Part shown: positions 41,277 through 51,850 of the stretch, in pieces
How the letters are laid out: each line of letters starts with the position of its first letter
Position numbering within the stretch: the first letter of the stretch is position 1
Assembly: GCA_963803805.1 (NCBI GenBank)
Contig: CAWDOD010000011.1
Span: 64,001 to 128,000 of the forward strand
DNA: 64,000 nt
DNA from: an uncultured cyanobacterium
GTDB taxonomy: Bacteria > Cyanobacteriota > Cyanobacteriia > Cyanobacteriales > CAWCAG01
Direction of reading: 5' to 3'
Translations under genes and position numbers: made by a program
The notes under the pieces: generated by a model
What the model was told of the DNA's origin: nothing
Seen by the model: the letters and a program-made list of their open reading frames with translations, nothing else
Databases searched by the model: none

Positions 41277-42146
41277 ATGCAAGGTTTTTTAAACTTAAAT
41301 AAGCCTCCTGGCTTTACCTCCCACGACTGTGTTGCCAAGGTGCGGCGACTATTACAAACCAAAAAAGTTGGCCATGGCGGCACTTTAGATCCTGCGGCTA
41401 CAGGAGTATTGCCCATTGCAGTAGGTAAAGCAACCCGGTTATTGCAATTTCTGCCCCCAGAAAAAGCTTATCGGGCTAAAATCCGCTTGGGCTTACAGAC
41501 AGACACTGATGATCTTGAAGGAGAGGTTATTGCTACCCATTCTGCTTTGCACTTAACTTTAGCAGCAGTGGAAGCAGTTTTAGGACAATTCACTGGAGAA
41601 ATTGCCCAAATCCCCCCTACTTACAGTGCCATCAAACGTCAAGGAAAAAAGCTCTATGAGTTAGCTAGGAAGGGTGATAAAGTAGAGGTTGCACCCAGAA
41701 TGGTTGAAATTGACAAAATTGAAGTTTTAGCTTGGCAGCCGGGAGAAAAGCCAGAGTTAGAAGTTGCGATCACCTGTGGCCCTGGGACTTATATAAGGGC
41801 GATCGCCAGGGACTTAGGAAACTTACTTCAAGTTGGTGGTACTTTAGCTAACTTGGTACGAACACAGAGTTGTGGTTTACAGTTAGCACAAAGCGTAACT
41901 TTTGCAGAATTAGAAGCCGGAAATCAGCAGTTAATTCCTCCTGATGTAGCACTCAGACATTTACCCAAACTAACTTTATCAACCCCAAAAGCCCAGGGTT
42001 GGTGTCAGGGACAAAAGATTAGCTTAGAACCAGAGGAGCAGATAAATTTGAGTCCGTTTTATCGAGTTCATAGTCAACAGGGAGGCTTTTTAGGTATAGC
42101 AGAAATAATTGAGCATCAGCTTAAACCAAAAATCGTCTTCTCTTGA
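41277..42146 (+). CDS. truB: tRNA pseudouridine(55) synthase
   Basis: KVGHGGTLDP.ATGVL, PPTYSAIK..GKKLYELAR, GTYIRAIARD. Confidence 0.96.
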   Translation: MQGFLNLNKPPGFTSHDCVAKVRRLLQTKKVGHGGTLDPAATGVLPIAVGKATRLLQFLPPEKAYRAKIRLGLQTDTDDLEGEVIATHSALHLTLAAVEAVLGQFTGEIAQIPPTYSAIKRQGKKLYELARKGDKVEVAPRMVEIDKIEVLAWQPGEKPELEVAITCGPGTYIRAIARDLGNLLQVGGTLANLVRTQSCGLQLAQSVTFAELEAGNQQLIPPDVALRHLPKLTLSTPKAQGWCQGQKISLEPEEQINLSPFYRVHSQQGGFLGIAEIIEHQLKPKIVFS

Positions 42147-42269
42147 GCTTTTTGACCCAATGACTATTCTCTAGTCCCTTCTAAACTTAACTTGCTGCTA
42201 GCATAGTTTTACCTCTGGGTGAGAAAATAATTCCCTACCGCCTCTGCTTTTTTTGCTACCACAATCGCC

Positions 42270-43475
42270 ATGAGTTTAAATTGGATTACCCCTGCTAAAC
42301 GTGTTGCTGCCTTACCACCCTACGTTTTCGCCCGTCTGGATGAATTAAAAGCCCGGGCCAGAGAACAGGGTTTAGACTTGATAGATTTAGGTATGGGCAA
42401 CCCCGATGGTTCTCCCCCTCAACCAGTTATTGATGCGGCGATCGCCGCTTTACAAACACCAAGTAATCATGGCTATCCTCCTTTTGAAGGTACTGCCAGT
42501 TTCCGCCAGGCAATTACCTCTTGGTATAAGCGTTGCTACGACGTTAATCTTGATCCTGACGGAGAGGCTTTACCTTTAATTGGTTCTAAGGAAGGATTAA
42601 CTCACCTAGCCCTTGCTTATATTAATCCAGGAGATTTGGTTTTAGTTCCCAGTCCTGCTTATCCGGCCCATTTTCGTGGCCCTTTAATTGCTGGAGGGCG
42701 TTTACATCAACTCCTCCTTACTGAAGAAAATGATTGGTTAATTGACTTAGCTGCTATTCCTGATTCCATTGCTGAAGAAGCCAAAATTCTTTACTTCAAC
42801 TATCCCAGCAATCCTACCACTGCCACTGCACCAAGAGAGTTTTTTGAGGAGATGGTTGCTTTTGCCCGCCGCTACGAAATTCTTTTAGTTCATGATCTTT
42901 GTTATGCTGAGTTGGCCTTTGACGGTTATCAACCTACCAGTTTGTTAGAAATTCCTGGGGCTAAAGATATTGGTGTGGAGTTTCATACCCTTTCTAAAAC
43001 CTACAATATGGCAGGTTGGCGGGTTGGTTTTGTGGTGGGAAATAACCAGATTATTCAAGGGTTGCGGACTCTAAAAACTAACTTAGATTACGGTATCTTC
43101 GCGGCGATCCAAACTGCGGCCGAAACGGCTTTACAGTTACCGGATGTTTATATTAAAAAAGTACAAGAACGTTACAGTACTCGCCGGGATTTTGTGATTC
43201 AAGGTTTAGGGGAATTAGGCTGGCAAATTCCTAAATCTAAAGCAACTATGTATCTTTGGGTAAAAAGTCCTGTAGGAATTAGTTCTACCGATTTTGCTTT
43301 AAAAGTTTTACAGAATACTGGAGTAGTGGTAACTCCCGGTAATGCCTTCGGTGATGGGGGAGAAGGCTATGTCAGGATTAGTTTAATTGCTGATTGCGAT
43401 CGCTTGGGAGAAGCTATAAACCGCCTCAAGAAAGCAGGATTTCGTTACAGATTTGAGGAGGCGGTAGAAGCTTAA
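42270..43475 (+). CDS. PLP-dependent class I/II aminotransferase (aspartate / LL-DAP aminotransferase-like)
   Basis: DLGMGNPD, NYPSNPT, HDLCY, TLSKTYNMAGWRVG. Confidence 0.9.
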   Translation: MSLNWITPAKRVAALPPYVFARLDELKARAREQGLDLIDLGMGNPDGSPPQPVIDAAIAALQTPSNHGYPPFEGTASFRQAITSWYKRCYDVNLDPDGEALPLIGSKEGLTHLALAYINPGDLVLVPSPAYPAHFRGPLIAGGRLHQLLLTEENDWLIDLAAIPDSIAEEAKILYFNYPSNPTTATAPREFFEEMVAFARRYEILLVHDLCYAELAFDGYQPTSLLEIPGAKDIGVEFHTLSKTYNMAGWRVGFVVGNNQIIQGLRTLKTNLDYGIFAAIQTAAETALQLPDVYIKKVQERYSTRRDFVIQGLGELGWQIPKSKATMYLWVKSPVGISSTDFALKVLQNTGVVVTPGNAFGDGGEGYVRISLIADCDRLGEAINRLKKAGFRYRFEEAVEA

Positions 43476-43525
43476 GGTTTATTGTCAATCGATGGGTGAA
43501 GGTAAAGCTTTTTCTAGCTTCCTAC

Positions 43526-43756
43526 TTAACGGGATAGATTTTTGCTGTCGTAAGCATCCAAGCTATAGATAGGAACACGAACGGCATAATTTACTTCTTG
43601 TCCGGTGATAGATTTTGACAATTGTTCAAAACCAGAGGAGTTCCAGTTGCGGTTGTGGATAGGCTTAGACTGTTCTCCTCTGAAGTAAGCTTGAGTTCCT
43701 AAGACCGCAGCAGCAACCCAACCAATGACAAATAGTGCAGTTAAAATAGTTAGCAT
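43526..43756 (-). CDS. Small single-TM cyanobacterial protein (Psb35-related-like)
   Basis: GW.AA..LGTQAYFRGEQSKPIH.RNW motif; GGAG RBS. Confidence 0.75.
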   Translation of the reverse strand: MLTILTALFVIGWVAAAVLGTQAYFRGEQSKPIHNRNWNSSGFEQLSKSITGQEVNYAVRVPIYSLDAYDSKNLSR

Positions 43757-43791
43757 TAATTTTGCTCCTGAAAGCTTTTATTTTTTCTCTT

Positions 43792-43809
43792 AATGTAAAC
43801 TATTGTAAC
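43792..43809 (-). promoter_or_regulatory. HLR1 (RpaB-binding) direct repeat
   Basis: Minus strand GTTACAAT-AG-TTTACATT, exact fit to (G/T)TTACA(T/A)(T/A)-N2-(G/T)TTACA(T/A)(T/A). Confidence 0.7.
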
Positions 43810-43848
43810 TAACATTTTAAGGTTTGTAAATAAGAGTTGACTTTTTTC

Positions 43849-45666
43849 TCATTTTCCTTTGCAAGCTTTTACTTGATCGTTAAAAATCCAGCCTCGGCTA
43901 CCGTCAACCATCTCAACTTGGACAAAGGCATTTTGAGTTTCTACTAAGGCAACTTCAGTACCCTTACTAAGGGTCTTTCCCGTATCTGCTTCCCTAGAAG
44001 GTTTGTCAAAAACCCTAGCAATACTCCCTCCTACCGGAGAAATCACTCGGCAATTTTCGGGAGTAATGGGTGAGTTTGTTTCCGAGTCAGTTTTCTGATC
44101 TGAAGTCTCTTCAAGGGAGGAAATAGACTGGCTAGGTTGATTACTAAACATTAAGTTCCATCCCAAAATACTACCAACTATAGCGATCGCCGCTACTGCC
44201 AAGCCAGTTGTTCCCCAAATCAGTAACTTGTTTTCAGGGGAATTAGCGGTGGGAAGTTGAGTAATTAAAGGTAATGGAGAAGAAACTGCAATGGTTTTAT
44301 CTTCTCTAACTGGAGTTTCCTGAGAGGGTGTTAAGGTGGTTGCTACGGCTTGAGGGGGTGTAATCTGTGGTGGTTCAACAGATTGTTCTTCTTGAACTGC
44401 ATCTAACTGCTTGAGACTAATTTCTGTGACCTGAAAATCCACCTGTCCTAACCGAAAAGTACTACCTTTATTGAGAGGCAATTCTCCTACAGGTAAAGAC
44501 TGTCCATTCACTATTAAAGGATTACTTTCCCTTAAGGAACGAATGAAAAAACTATCTTGCTGAGGCTGGACAAAAATTTCTGCATGGAGTCCTGAAACTG
44601 TAGCATCAGACAAAACCAAATCGCATAAACTAGGATTGCGCCCCAAACGGAAAGTGCCAGGAGTTTTACTAAGTTGCCCTTCTCGAATAACCTGCTTCTT
44701 GGGTTCTCCTGCCTCCACCCAACTGAGAGTTAACTCTTTTATATGGTTGTTATGGCTAGGCGGATCAACAACAGCAATAGGAACAGGATGAGAAGGTATG
44801 TAATCTCTGGCTATTTGTACTGTAGGCATATTGTGGGGGCTTGCTAACTGTTGAACTGCTTGTAAGGCCTCTAATGCCGTTTCATAGCGGTCTTTGAAGT
44901 GATAGCGTACCATCTTAGTTAATACGGCAGCCAAACCAGCACTTACTGGCACTAATTGTCGCCAAAGTAGTTCTCCTGTATGAGGATCTTCTGGTATTTG
45001 GTAAGGATGAACACCAGTTAGGGCTTGAATACCGATAGTCCCTAAAGAATAAATATCGCTGTTGGGGCGGGGACTACCTCTTCCTTGTTCAGTGGACATA
45101 TAACCAGGAGTACCTACGGTAACAGAAACACTTACTGAACCAGCTTCTAAAGCATTTGGGTTGCGTATTTGTTTAATTGCCCCAAAATCGATGAGAACTA
45201 ACTTACTGTTAGAAGCCCTGCGAATCAGGTTATCTGGTTTGATATCTCGATGAATAACTGATTGTCCGTGGATAAAAACGAGAATTTGCAGAATTTCTTG
45301 TAGTAACTCAATTACTTGACTCTCTGGCCACTGTTGTCCTGGTAATAATTCTTCATTCAGGGTATGTCCTTCAATATATTCTTGTGCTAAATAAAATTCT
45401 TGGTCTTCTTCAAAGTAAGCTAAAAGTCTGGGAATATGATGATATTCTCCCAGTTTCTCTAATATCTCTGCTTCTTTATGAAATAACTTTCTAGCAGTTT
45501 CTAAAATTTGAAAATCATTGCTAGCAGGTTTGAGATGTTTAAGTACACATTTAGGGTTACTCGGTCGGTGAGTATCTTCAACAATATAGGTTTTGCCAAA
45601 ACCTCCAGAACCGAGGGCTTGTAAAACTCTATAATGCCCAGCTAACAATTCACCTATCATATTCAA
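43849..45666 (-). CDS. Ser/Thr kinase with FHA domain, TM helix and C-terminal SH3b-like domain
   Basis: LGSGGFG, IHRDIKPDN, DFG; FHA LGRNP..D..VSGLHA..NPL.VNG; TM; GSRGWI. Confidence 0.9.
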   Translation of the reverse strand: MNMIGELLAGHYRVLQALGSGGFGKTYIVEDTHRPSNPKCVLKHLKPASNDFQILETARKLFHKEAEILEKLGEYHHIPRLLAYFEEDQEFYLAQEYIEGHTLNEELLPGQQWPESQVIELLQEILQILVFIHGQSVIHRDIKPDNLIRRASNSKLVLIDFGAIKQIRNPNALEAGSVSVSVTVGTPGYMSTEQGRGSPRPNSDIYSLGTIGIQALTGVHPYQIPEDPHTGELLWRQLVPVSAGLAAVLTKMVRYHFKDRYETALEALQAVQQLASPHNMPTVQIARDYIPSHPVPIAVVDPPSHNNHIKELTLSWVEAGEPKKQVIREGQLSKTPGTFRLGRNPSLCDLVLSDATVSGLHAEIFVQPQQDSFFIRSLRESNPLIVNGQSLPVGELPLNKGSTFRLGQVDFQVTEISLKQLDAVQEEQSVEPPQITPPQAVATTLTPSQETPVREDKTIAVSSPLPLITQLPTANSPENKLLIWGTTGLAVAAIAIVGSILGWNLMFSNQPSQSISSLEETSDQKTDSETNSPITPENCRVISPVGGSIARVFDKPSREADTGKTLSKGTEVALVETQNAFVQVEMVDGSRGWIFNDQVKACKGK

Positions 45667-46259
45667 TATTGCCTGGTATAAATAGTACCTACGGTAAGTT
45701 TATCTTGACAGATTTAGTAGATAAATAGGTAGATTTTTATACTAATATAATTTCTTGCTTCCTCTCCTAGTTTAGTTTATTAGGGAGTAGATTATTACGT
45801 TTTTTCGGAATAAAGTTTTTTCGACGAGAAAATAAAAATACATGGGTATTTAAGTATCTATAGCTATGCTCACTACCCTTGATTTGCCGATTTTCAACTA
45901 CTTAACTGAAGAACTTTACTTGCTATATATATATAGGTGATTATTTTAGATATCTTTTCAGAAAGACCTTTCTACAAAGTGACGAAGTTTTTACTTAAAT
46001 AATTAACTTACCTTAAGTAAGATTAATCTTCTAAAATTATTTTGAGCAGAGACAAAATTTATCTAAAAAGAACTTTTTAGCCACTTTTCTACTTTCTTGT
46101 CATTAAAAACACCATCAAAAATAAACTTATACAAAATAAACATATGCGAAAACGCGATCGCAAACACAGCCCTCCCATACTAAATATAGAGGTTCAAATT
46201 GATCTGTTAGTTTATCTGACAGCAAGGAGACTTTCTGGTAGAACCAAATCACCCCCCAT

Positions 46260-46295
46260 ATCCTCCTCTTATACTCTTAAGAGGAGGATTTTTTT
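46260..46295 (+). terminator. Terminator-like hairpin in the long spacer upstream of the RND gene
   Basis: ATCCTCCTCTTA-N6-TAAGAGGAGGAT followed by a T run. Confidence 0.6.
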
Positions 46296-46603
46296 ATTTC
46301 TTCTTAGCCTTCAACAATAACAAGCCGTACAATAAATAGTTGTGAGCAACATAGTAGGTTGGGTTAGACCTTAGACAGAACACAAATTAAGAAACAGTTC
46401 TTTTTGTGGTCATCCAACAATCCCACCCAAAAGAAGTTAAGCTGTTAAGCATTTCAATTAGCCATTAGCTATAGAATGGAGATTATCACGTTGTTCTAAA
46501 ACAAATTTAGCAACAATCAAATATAGACAAGTATTTTTAGCGGCTGTATCAGCTAGTAAATTCCAAAACAACCTCCCTACCAAACTAATCAGCAACTAAA
46601 ATT

Positions 46604-49600
46604 ATGTTTGTTGACTTTTTTATCAGAAGGCCTGTATTTACCACCGTTTGCTCCTTAATTATCATTTTGGTGGGGGCTGTTAGCATACCAACCTTACCCG
46701 TAGCCCAATATCCTGACATTAGCCCCAAACAAGTTAACGTTACTGCGAATTACAATGGTGCTGATGCACAAACCGTAGAAAATGCTGTCACCACAATTTT
46801 AGAGCGGCAAATTAACGGTGTGGAAGGGATGCGCTACATGACTTCCAGTAGTAGTAATAACGGCAGCAGCAATATTACTATTACCTTTGAACCAGGACGA
46901 GATCAAGATATTGCGGCAGTTGATGTCCAAAACCGCGTTTCTGTTGCTGAACCTCAACTGCCAGAAACCGTAAATCAAACAGGAGTAACAGTCAGTAAAC
47001 AATCTAGTAACATTCTGATGGGGTTTGGACTCTATACAGAAGAAGGGGAATACGATAACGTATTTTTGAGTAACTACGCCGACCTTTATATGGTGGATGC
47101 TCTCAAAAGAGTAAACGGTGTGGGCAATGTCCGGATTTTTGGGGAACGCAAATATGCTATGCGTCTGTGGTTAGATCCGCAACGTTTAGCCAGTCGTAAT
47201 TTAACAGGACAAGATGTAGTAAATGCCCTACGGGAACAAAATATTCAAGTGGGTGCAGGAAGCATTGGGCAGCAACCAGCACCGGAAGATCAGCAATTCC
47301 AGATTGATTTGCGGGCAGTTAGTCGTCTTACGGATGTTGCTGAGTTTGAAGATATTATTTTAGAAACAGGGGAAGATGGCAGTTTAGTCAAGCTTAAAGA
47401 TGTAGGGCGAGCAGAATTAGGAGCAGAAAACTATAGTACCTTCTTGCGCTTTCGTGGGAAAGAAGCAGTTGGTTTAGGGATTTACCAAGTTCCTGGTAGT
47501 AATGCTTTGGAAGTGGGACAGGCTGTTAAAGCAGAAATGAAACGCCTTGCTTTAGATTTTCCCCCAGGAATGCAGTATGACATTGGTTTTGATACCACTG
47601 CTTTTGTAGAAGAATCTTTAACTAGGGTGGTTTGGACACTCATACAAGCAGTCGGGTTAGTGGTTTTGGTGATTTTTATCTTTTTACAAGACTGGCGCAC
47701 CACCATTATTCCCGCCATCACTATTCCAATAGCTTTAATTGGTACTTTTGCTTTTGTTAAAGTTTTTAACTTCTCCATCAACAGCTTAACTTTATTCGGT
47801 CTTACCCTCGCCACAGGGATGGTGGTAGACGATGCCATTGTGGTAGTGGAGGATATTGCTAATAAAATTCAAAACCAAGGCATGAAACCTCGCCAAGCAG
47901 CTATGGCTTCCATGCACGAGTTAGTGGGGGCGGTAATTGCAACTTCCTTGGTGTTAATGGCTGTTTTTATCCCCGTCGCCTTTTTTCCTGGTACAACAGG
48001 GGCATTGTACCGTCAATTTGCTTTAACTATCGCCTTTGCCATCGCCCTTTCCACCTTCAATGCCCTTACCCTAACTCCTACCCTTGCCGGTTTATTATTA
48101 CGGCCTAAACCCAGGAGTAGGGGCTGGCTGGGGAGAATTTTCCATCAGTTTAATCGCTTCTTAGATTGGGTACAAAAACGCTATCGCCACATAATTGATG
48201 TTCTTACCCATTTCAAAACAATTGTGGTGCTAGTTTTTACTGTTTTTTTAGCCCTGACAGTTTGGTTTTATACTGTTGTCCCTTCTGCGTTCCTTCCTGA
48301 TGAAGATCAGGGTTACTTTATTACCATTATTCAAGGCCCAGAAGGAGTTTCTCTTAATTACACCAGCGATGTAATGCAGCAAATTGAAAAAGTGATTTTA
48401 CCCATAGATGAAGTCAAAGCTACCTTTGCTGTCGGTGGGTTTGGCTTTAGTGGTAGTACTGCTAATAGCGCCATCATTTTTACAACCCTCATACCTTGGG
48501 GAGAACGTACTGGGGCTGAACAATCAGCCCAGGCTATTATTAGTAAAGTTCAAGGTTCCATTGCTAACATCACTGAAGCAAGGATATTACCGGTTAATCC
48601 CCCAGCTATTCGTGGTTTAGGTAGTTTTGGAGGTTTCCAATTCCAACTCCAAGATCGTCGAGGCAATTCAGGTTTAGATGCCTTAATTGCTAATATGGGT
48701 AAGTTACTGGGGGCCGCTAACGAAAACCCCAATCTCCAAGCGGTGTTTAGTACCTATGCAGCCAACACTCCTCAACTACTCATTGATGTTAACCGCAATC
48801 TGGCTAAAGCTTTGGATGTGGATATTGACGATATCTTTAATACCCTACAAACCTATTTGGGTTCTCGCTATGTCAATGACTTCACCTTAGATCAGCGCAC
48901 TTATCGAGTTTATGTCCAAGCAGACCAACAATATCGCTCCAATCCTGAAGATATCAATCAACTCTACGTCCGTTCTAATCGTGATGAGATGATTCCTTTA
49001 AGTAATTTAGTCACTATCACACCGCAAACAGGAGCGCAAACCATTAACCACTATAACCTCTTTCGTTCCATAGAAATTAACGGTGGTGCGGCCCCCGGTA
49101 AAAGTTCTGGGGATGCCATCACAGCTATGAAACAAGTTGCTACTCAGGTTTTGCCCCCCGGTTTAGGTTATGAATGGTCTGGTACTTCCTTAGAAGAGAT
49201 TGAATCTGGTGGGCAAGCACCTATCATTTTTAGTTTAGGGCTAGTATTGGTTTTCCTCGTCCTAGCGGCTCAATACGAAAGCTATGTAGACCCGATTATT
49301 ATTATGCTATCAGTTCCCCTCGCTGTATTCGGAGCGCTTTTGGCACAATTTCTTCGGGGAATGCCTAACGATGTTTACTGTCAAATTGGTTTAGTAATGT
49401 TGATTGGTTTAGCTAGTAAAAACTCGATTTTAATTGTTGAGTTTGCTAACCAACTCAGGGAACAAGGCTCAAGCATTACCAAAGCAGCCGTAGAAGCAGC
49501 ACAACAGCGTCTACGTCCCATTCTCATGACAGCGATTTCTACCCTAAGTAGTATTTTCCCTTTAACCATCGCTAGCGGTGCAGGGGCCGCTAGCCGTCAA

Positions 49601-49792
49601 TCCCTTGGTACAGCAGTGTTTGGTGGTATGTTCGTAGCTACTTTCTTAAGCCTGTTCGTTGTCCCCATTATTTATATTGTCATCGAATCATTAAGCGATC
49701 GCTTCTTTAATTCCGAATCCCACCAACAAAAAGCTACTAAGAAGGAAAAGCCTAAGCCTAAACCAGAAATGACAGGAGTTTCAGGGAAGTAA
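46604..49792 (+). CDS. RND efflux permease (HAE1/AcrB family)
   Basis: FFIRRPVF, GMVVDDAIVVVE, IGLASKNSILIVEFA, RLRPILMT. Confidence 0.96.
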   Translation: MFVDFFIRRPVFTTVCSLIIILVGAVSIPTLPVAQYPDISPKQVNVTANYNGADAQTVENAVTTILERQINGVEGMRYMTSSSSNNGSSNITITFEPGRDQDIAAVDVQNRVSVAEPQLPETVNQTGVTVSKQSSNILMGFGLYTEEGEYDNVFLSNYADLYMVDALKRVNGVGNVRIFGERKYAMRLWLDPQRLASRNLTGQDVVNALREQNIQVGAGSIGQQPAPEDQQFQIDLRAVSRLTDVAEFEDIILETGEDGSLVKLKDVGRAELGAENYSTFLRFRGKEAVGLGIYQVPGSNALEVGQAVKAEMKRLALDFPPGMQYDIGFDTTAFVEESLTRVVWTLIQAVGLVVLVIFIFLQDWRTTIIPAITIPIALIGTFAFVKVFNFSINSLTLFGLTLATGMVVDDAIVVVEDIANKIQNQGMKPRQAAMASMHELVGAVIATSLVLMAVFIPVAFFPGTTGALYRQFALTIAFAIALSTFNALTLTPTLAGLLLRPKPRSRGWLGRIFHQFNRFLDWVQKRYRHIIDVLTHFKTIVVLVFTVFLALTVWFYTVVPSAFLPDEDQGYFITIIQGPEGVSLNYTSDVMQQIEKVILPIDEVKATFAVGGFGFSGSTANSAIIFTTLIPWGERTGAEQSAQAIISKVQGSIANITEARILPVNPPAIRGLGSFGGFQFQLQDRRGNSGLDALIANMGKLLGAANENPNLQAVFSTYAANTPQLLIDVNRNLAKALDVDIDDIFNTLQTYLGSRYVNDFTLDQRTYRVYVQADQQYRSNPEDINQLYVRSNRDEMIPLSNLVTITPQTGAQTINHYNLFRSIEINGGAAPGKSSGDAITAMKQVATQVLPPGLGYEWSGTSLEEIESGGQAPIIFSLGLVLVFLVLAAQYESYVDPIIIMLSVPLAVFGALLAQFLRGMPNDVYCQIGLVMLIGLASKNSILIVEFANQLREQGSSITKAAVEAAQQRLRPILMTAISTLSSIFPLTIASGAGAASRQSLGTAVFGGMFVATFLSLFVVPIIYIVIESLSDRFFNSESHQQKATKKEKPKPKPEMTGVSGK

Positions 49793-49962
49793 TTTGGGAG
49801 ACGGGGAGATCAGGAGATGAGGATGTCAAGGAACAACATTAAATAAGTAAACGTCAATAAAGAGCTAGTAACTACTAGAGTTTTCATTAAAAACATTAGA
49901 ATTTAAGTGGACTTAATATCACTTTTGCTTTCGCCAAGAAATTTCAACTTTTGAACTGTTAT

Positions 49963-50490
49963 ATGAACAACCTGGTATTAAATTCCAAGCAAAAACTTTT
50001 CCGACCAACTATCATAGCCTCCCTAATCGCCTTAGCCGGGATAGGAAGTACTTTTTTGGTTGCTAAAGGGGCGATCGCCCAATCTTCTCCGCCAATTTTT
50101 GAAAATGTCATTATCGCTCCTGGATTTGATCCAGAAACCGTTAAAATCAGAGGTATTAGTGGTGGTCCAGTATCTGCTAGCAGTGTGGCTGGTAGATTAG
50201 AAACTGATACAGGGCCTTGTGTTGGCTTTATTGACGAACAACCAGATCATACTCTAACCCTAACTCAGTTCTTTAACTTCCTCAGTCTCCAAGTCAAAAG
50301 CTCTGGGGATACAACTTTAATTGTACAAGGGCCAGGAGGTAGTTGGTGTAACGACGATGCCACAGGGCAAAATCCTGGTATTTCCGGTCAATGGCTAGAA
50401 GGTATTTACAAAATTTGGATTGGTTCTTACAAAGATCAATCTGCTCAAGAAGTTGAGTATCATCCTTATGTTATTTATATTTCTGAGTAA
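49963..50490 (+). CDS. Secreted hypothetical protein (PPC-like beta domain)
   Basis: Signal peptide ending AIA-Q; CVGFI...PDH, DTTL.V.GP...WCNDD, G.Y.IWIGS. Confidence 0.75.
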   Translation: MNNLVLNSKQKLFRPTIIASLIALAGIGSTFLVAKGAIAQSSPPIFENVIIAPGFDPETVKIRGISGGPVSASSVAGRLETDTGPCVGFIDEQPDHTLTLTQFFNFLSLQVKSSGDTTLIVQGPGGSWCNDDATGQNPGISGQWLEGIYKIWIGSYKDQSAQEVEYHPYVIYISE

Positions 50491-50515
50491 TGAAAACAAT
50501 TAGCTATTAGCTACT

Positions 50516-51850
50516 TCAAACACTATCAGTAACACTACTAAATTTAAAAGCCTTAACCTTAACTCCCGGAACCACTGTATTACCAAAACGTTGCACCCGA
50601 CTAACAGCTTCTACATTGGCTAGCATTTCTGGCAAAAGCTGATTGAAGCGCAAATTCTTAATGGGATAGGCGATTTTACCATCCTCAATCCAAAATGTAC
50701 CATCGCGAGTCATTCCGGTAACTTCTAAGGTACGAGGATTAACATAACGCACATACCAGGCTCGATTAACAAAGATTCCTCTTTCTGTTTGGGCAATTAA
50801 GTCGGCGTTACTCTGGTTGGAACCCTCCATAACAATGGGATAAAGGCCTCCTGTGGGTTTTTGCCCCTTAAGTTGCCCCCAATAACGACTGTAACCTAGG
50901 GTTTTGGGGATACCATCTTGGATAATTGTTAAAGGATTATTGCTCAAACCATCTTGAAAAAAAGTACTTCCTTGAATCAAAGCATGGCAAGGATCTCGCT
51001 TTACCTGTACCAATGGACTAAATATTTGTTCCCCTAAGCGGTTGCCAGAACCATCTTTACCAGCCATGAATGAACGCCCCTCATCTGCTGCCCTAGCATC
51101 TAAGTTCCAAGTTACCCAAGGTAACAGAGAGGCGAATGCTGCCCCGTTGAAAACTACGGGATAGACTCCTGGAGAAATATCGCGGGGATGGCGGGAAGCT
51201 AAGGCCCTTTCTATAACCTCTTCGGTAATTTTCTCAATGGGTAAATTAGCAATGGCAAAGCTGGTATTATGTCCCCAACTAGAACCATCACCACTTTTAG
51301 CAGTGAAACTAAAATCTGCTTCTGTGGTGCGATCGCAAGCCCTTAATCCTTGAGAATTACCCACTGCTTTAATGTATGTATCACTGCTCAGGGTTCCAGA
51401 ACCCTTAACTCCCACTTTAGCGCTCATCGCACAAACTCGCTTCACCATTTTTCCCTTAGTTAAGGGAGAAAGAATTGCTGTTCTCTGATCAAAAGCAGGG
51501 GTACGGTTTTCGTAAGTTTGGGGAGGGAGTAACTCAACCCATTCCGGATCTTCCGGGGCAAATTGGGCTAAATCTTCAGAACGTTGAATCGCTTGGGAAA
51601 TCGCGGCTTCATCAAGTTCTGTGGTAGAAGCAGAAGCACTACACTTACCAAAATAACTAGTAATTTCTAAGGTGAAGCGATCCCGATTAATATTCTGGCT
51701 AATTTGATTTTCGCAAAAGCGACTGAGGGTAGATGCGTTCTGAGTTAACTTAACAAAAACACCTTCAGCTTGGGATTTTTTAATAGTTGTATCTATGAGG
51801 CTTAAAGCTTCATCTTTTCCTAAAAGTGTTGGGGCTAGGGCTATACTCAC
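50516..51850 (-). CDS. TldD/PmbA family protein (PmbA/TldE-like, no HExxH)
   Basis: SRF.ENQISQN, RAADEGRSF, TGMTRDGTF.IE.G.I..P.KNLRFN. Confidence 0.9.
   Translation of the reverse strand: MSIALAPTLLGKDEALSLIDTTIKKSQAEGVFVKLTQNASTLSRFCENQISQNINRDRFTLEITSYFGKCSASASTTELDEAAISQAIQRSEDLAQFAPEDPEWVELLPPQTYENRTPAFDQRTAILSPLTKGKMVKRVCAMSAKVGVKGSGTLSSDTYIKAVGNSQGLRACDRTTEADFSFTAKSGDGSSWGHNTSFAIANLPIEKITEEVIERALASRHPRDISPGVYPVVFNGAAFASLLPWVTWNLDARAADEGRSFMAGKDGSGNRLGEQIFSPLVQVKRDPCHALIQGSTFFQDGLSNNPLTIIQDGIPKTLGYSRYWGQLKGQKPTGGLYPIVMEGSNQSNADLIAQTERGIFVNRAWYVRYVNPRTLEVTGMTRDGTFWIEDGKIAYPIKNLRFNQLLPEMLANVEAVSRVQRFGNTVVPGVKVKAFKFSSVTDSV

Noticed and set aside
46144-46320. ~58-codon ORF (MRKRDRKHSP...) upstream of the RND gene
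   Set aside because: No RBS, runs through a hairpin repeat, no protein-like features
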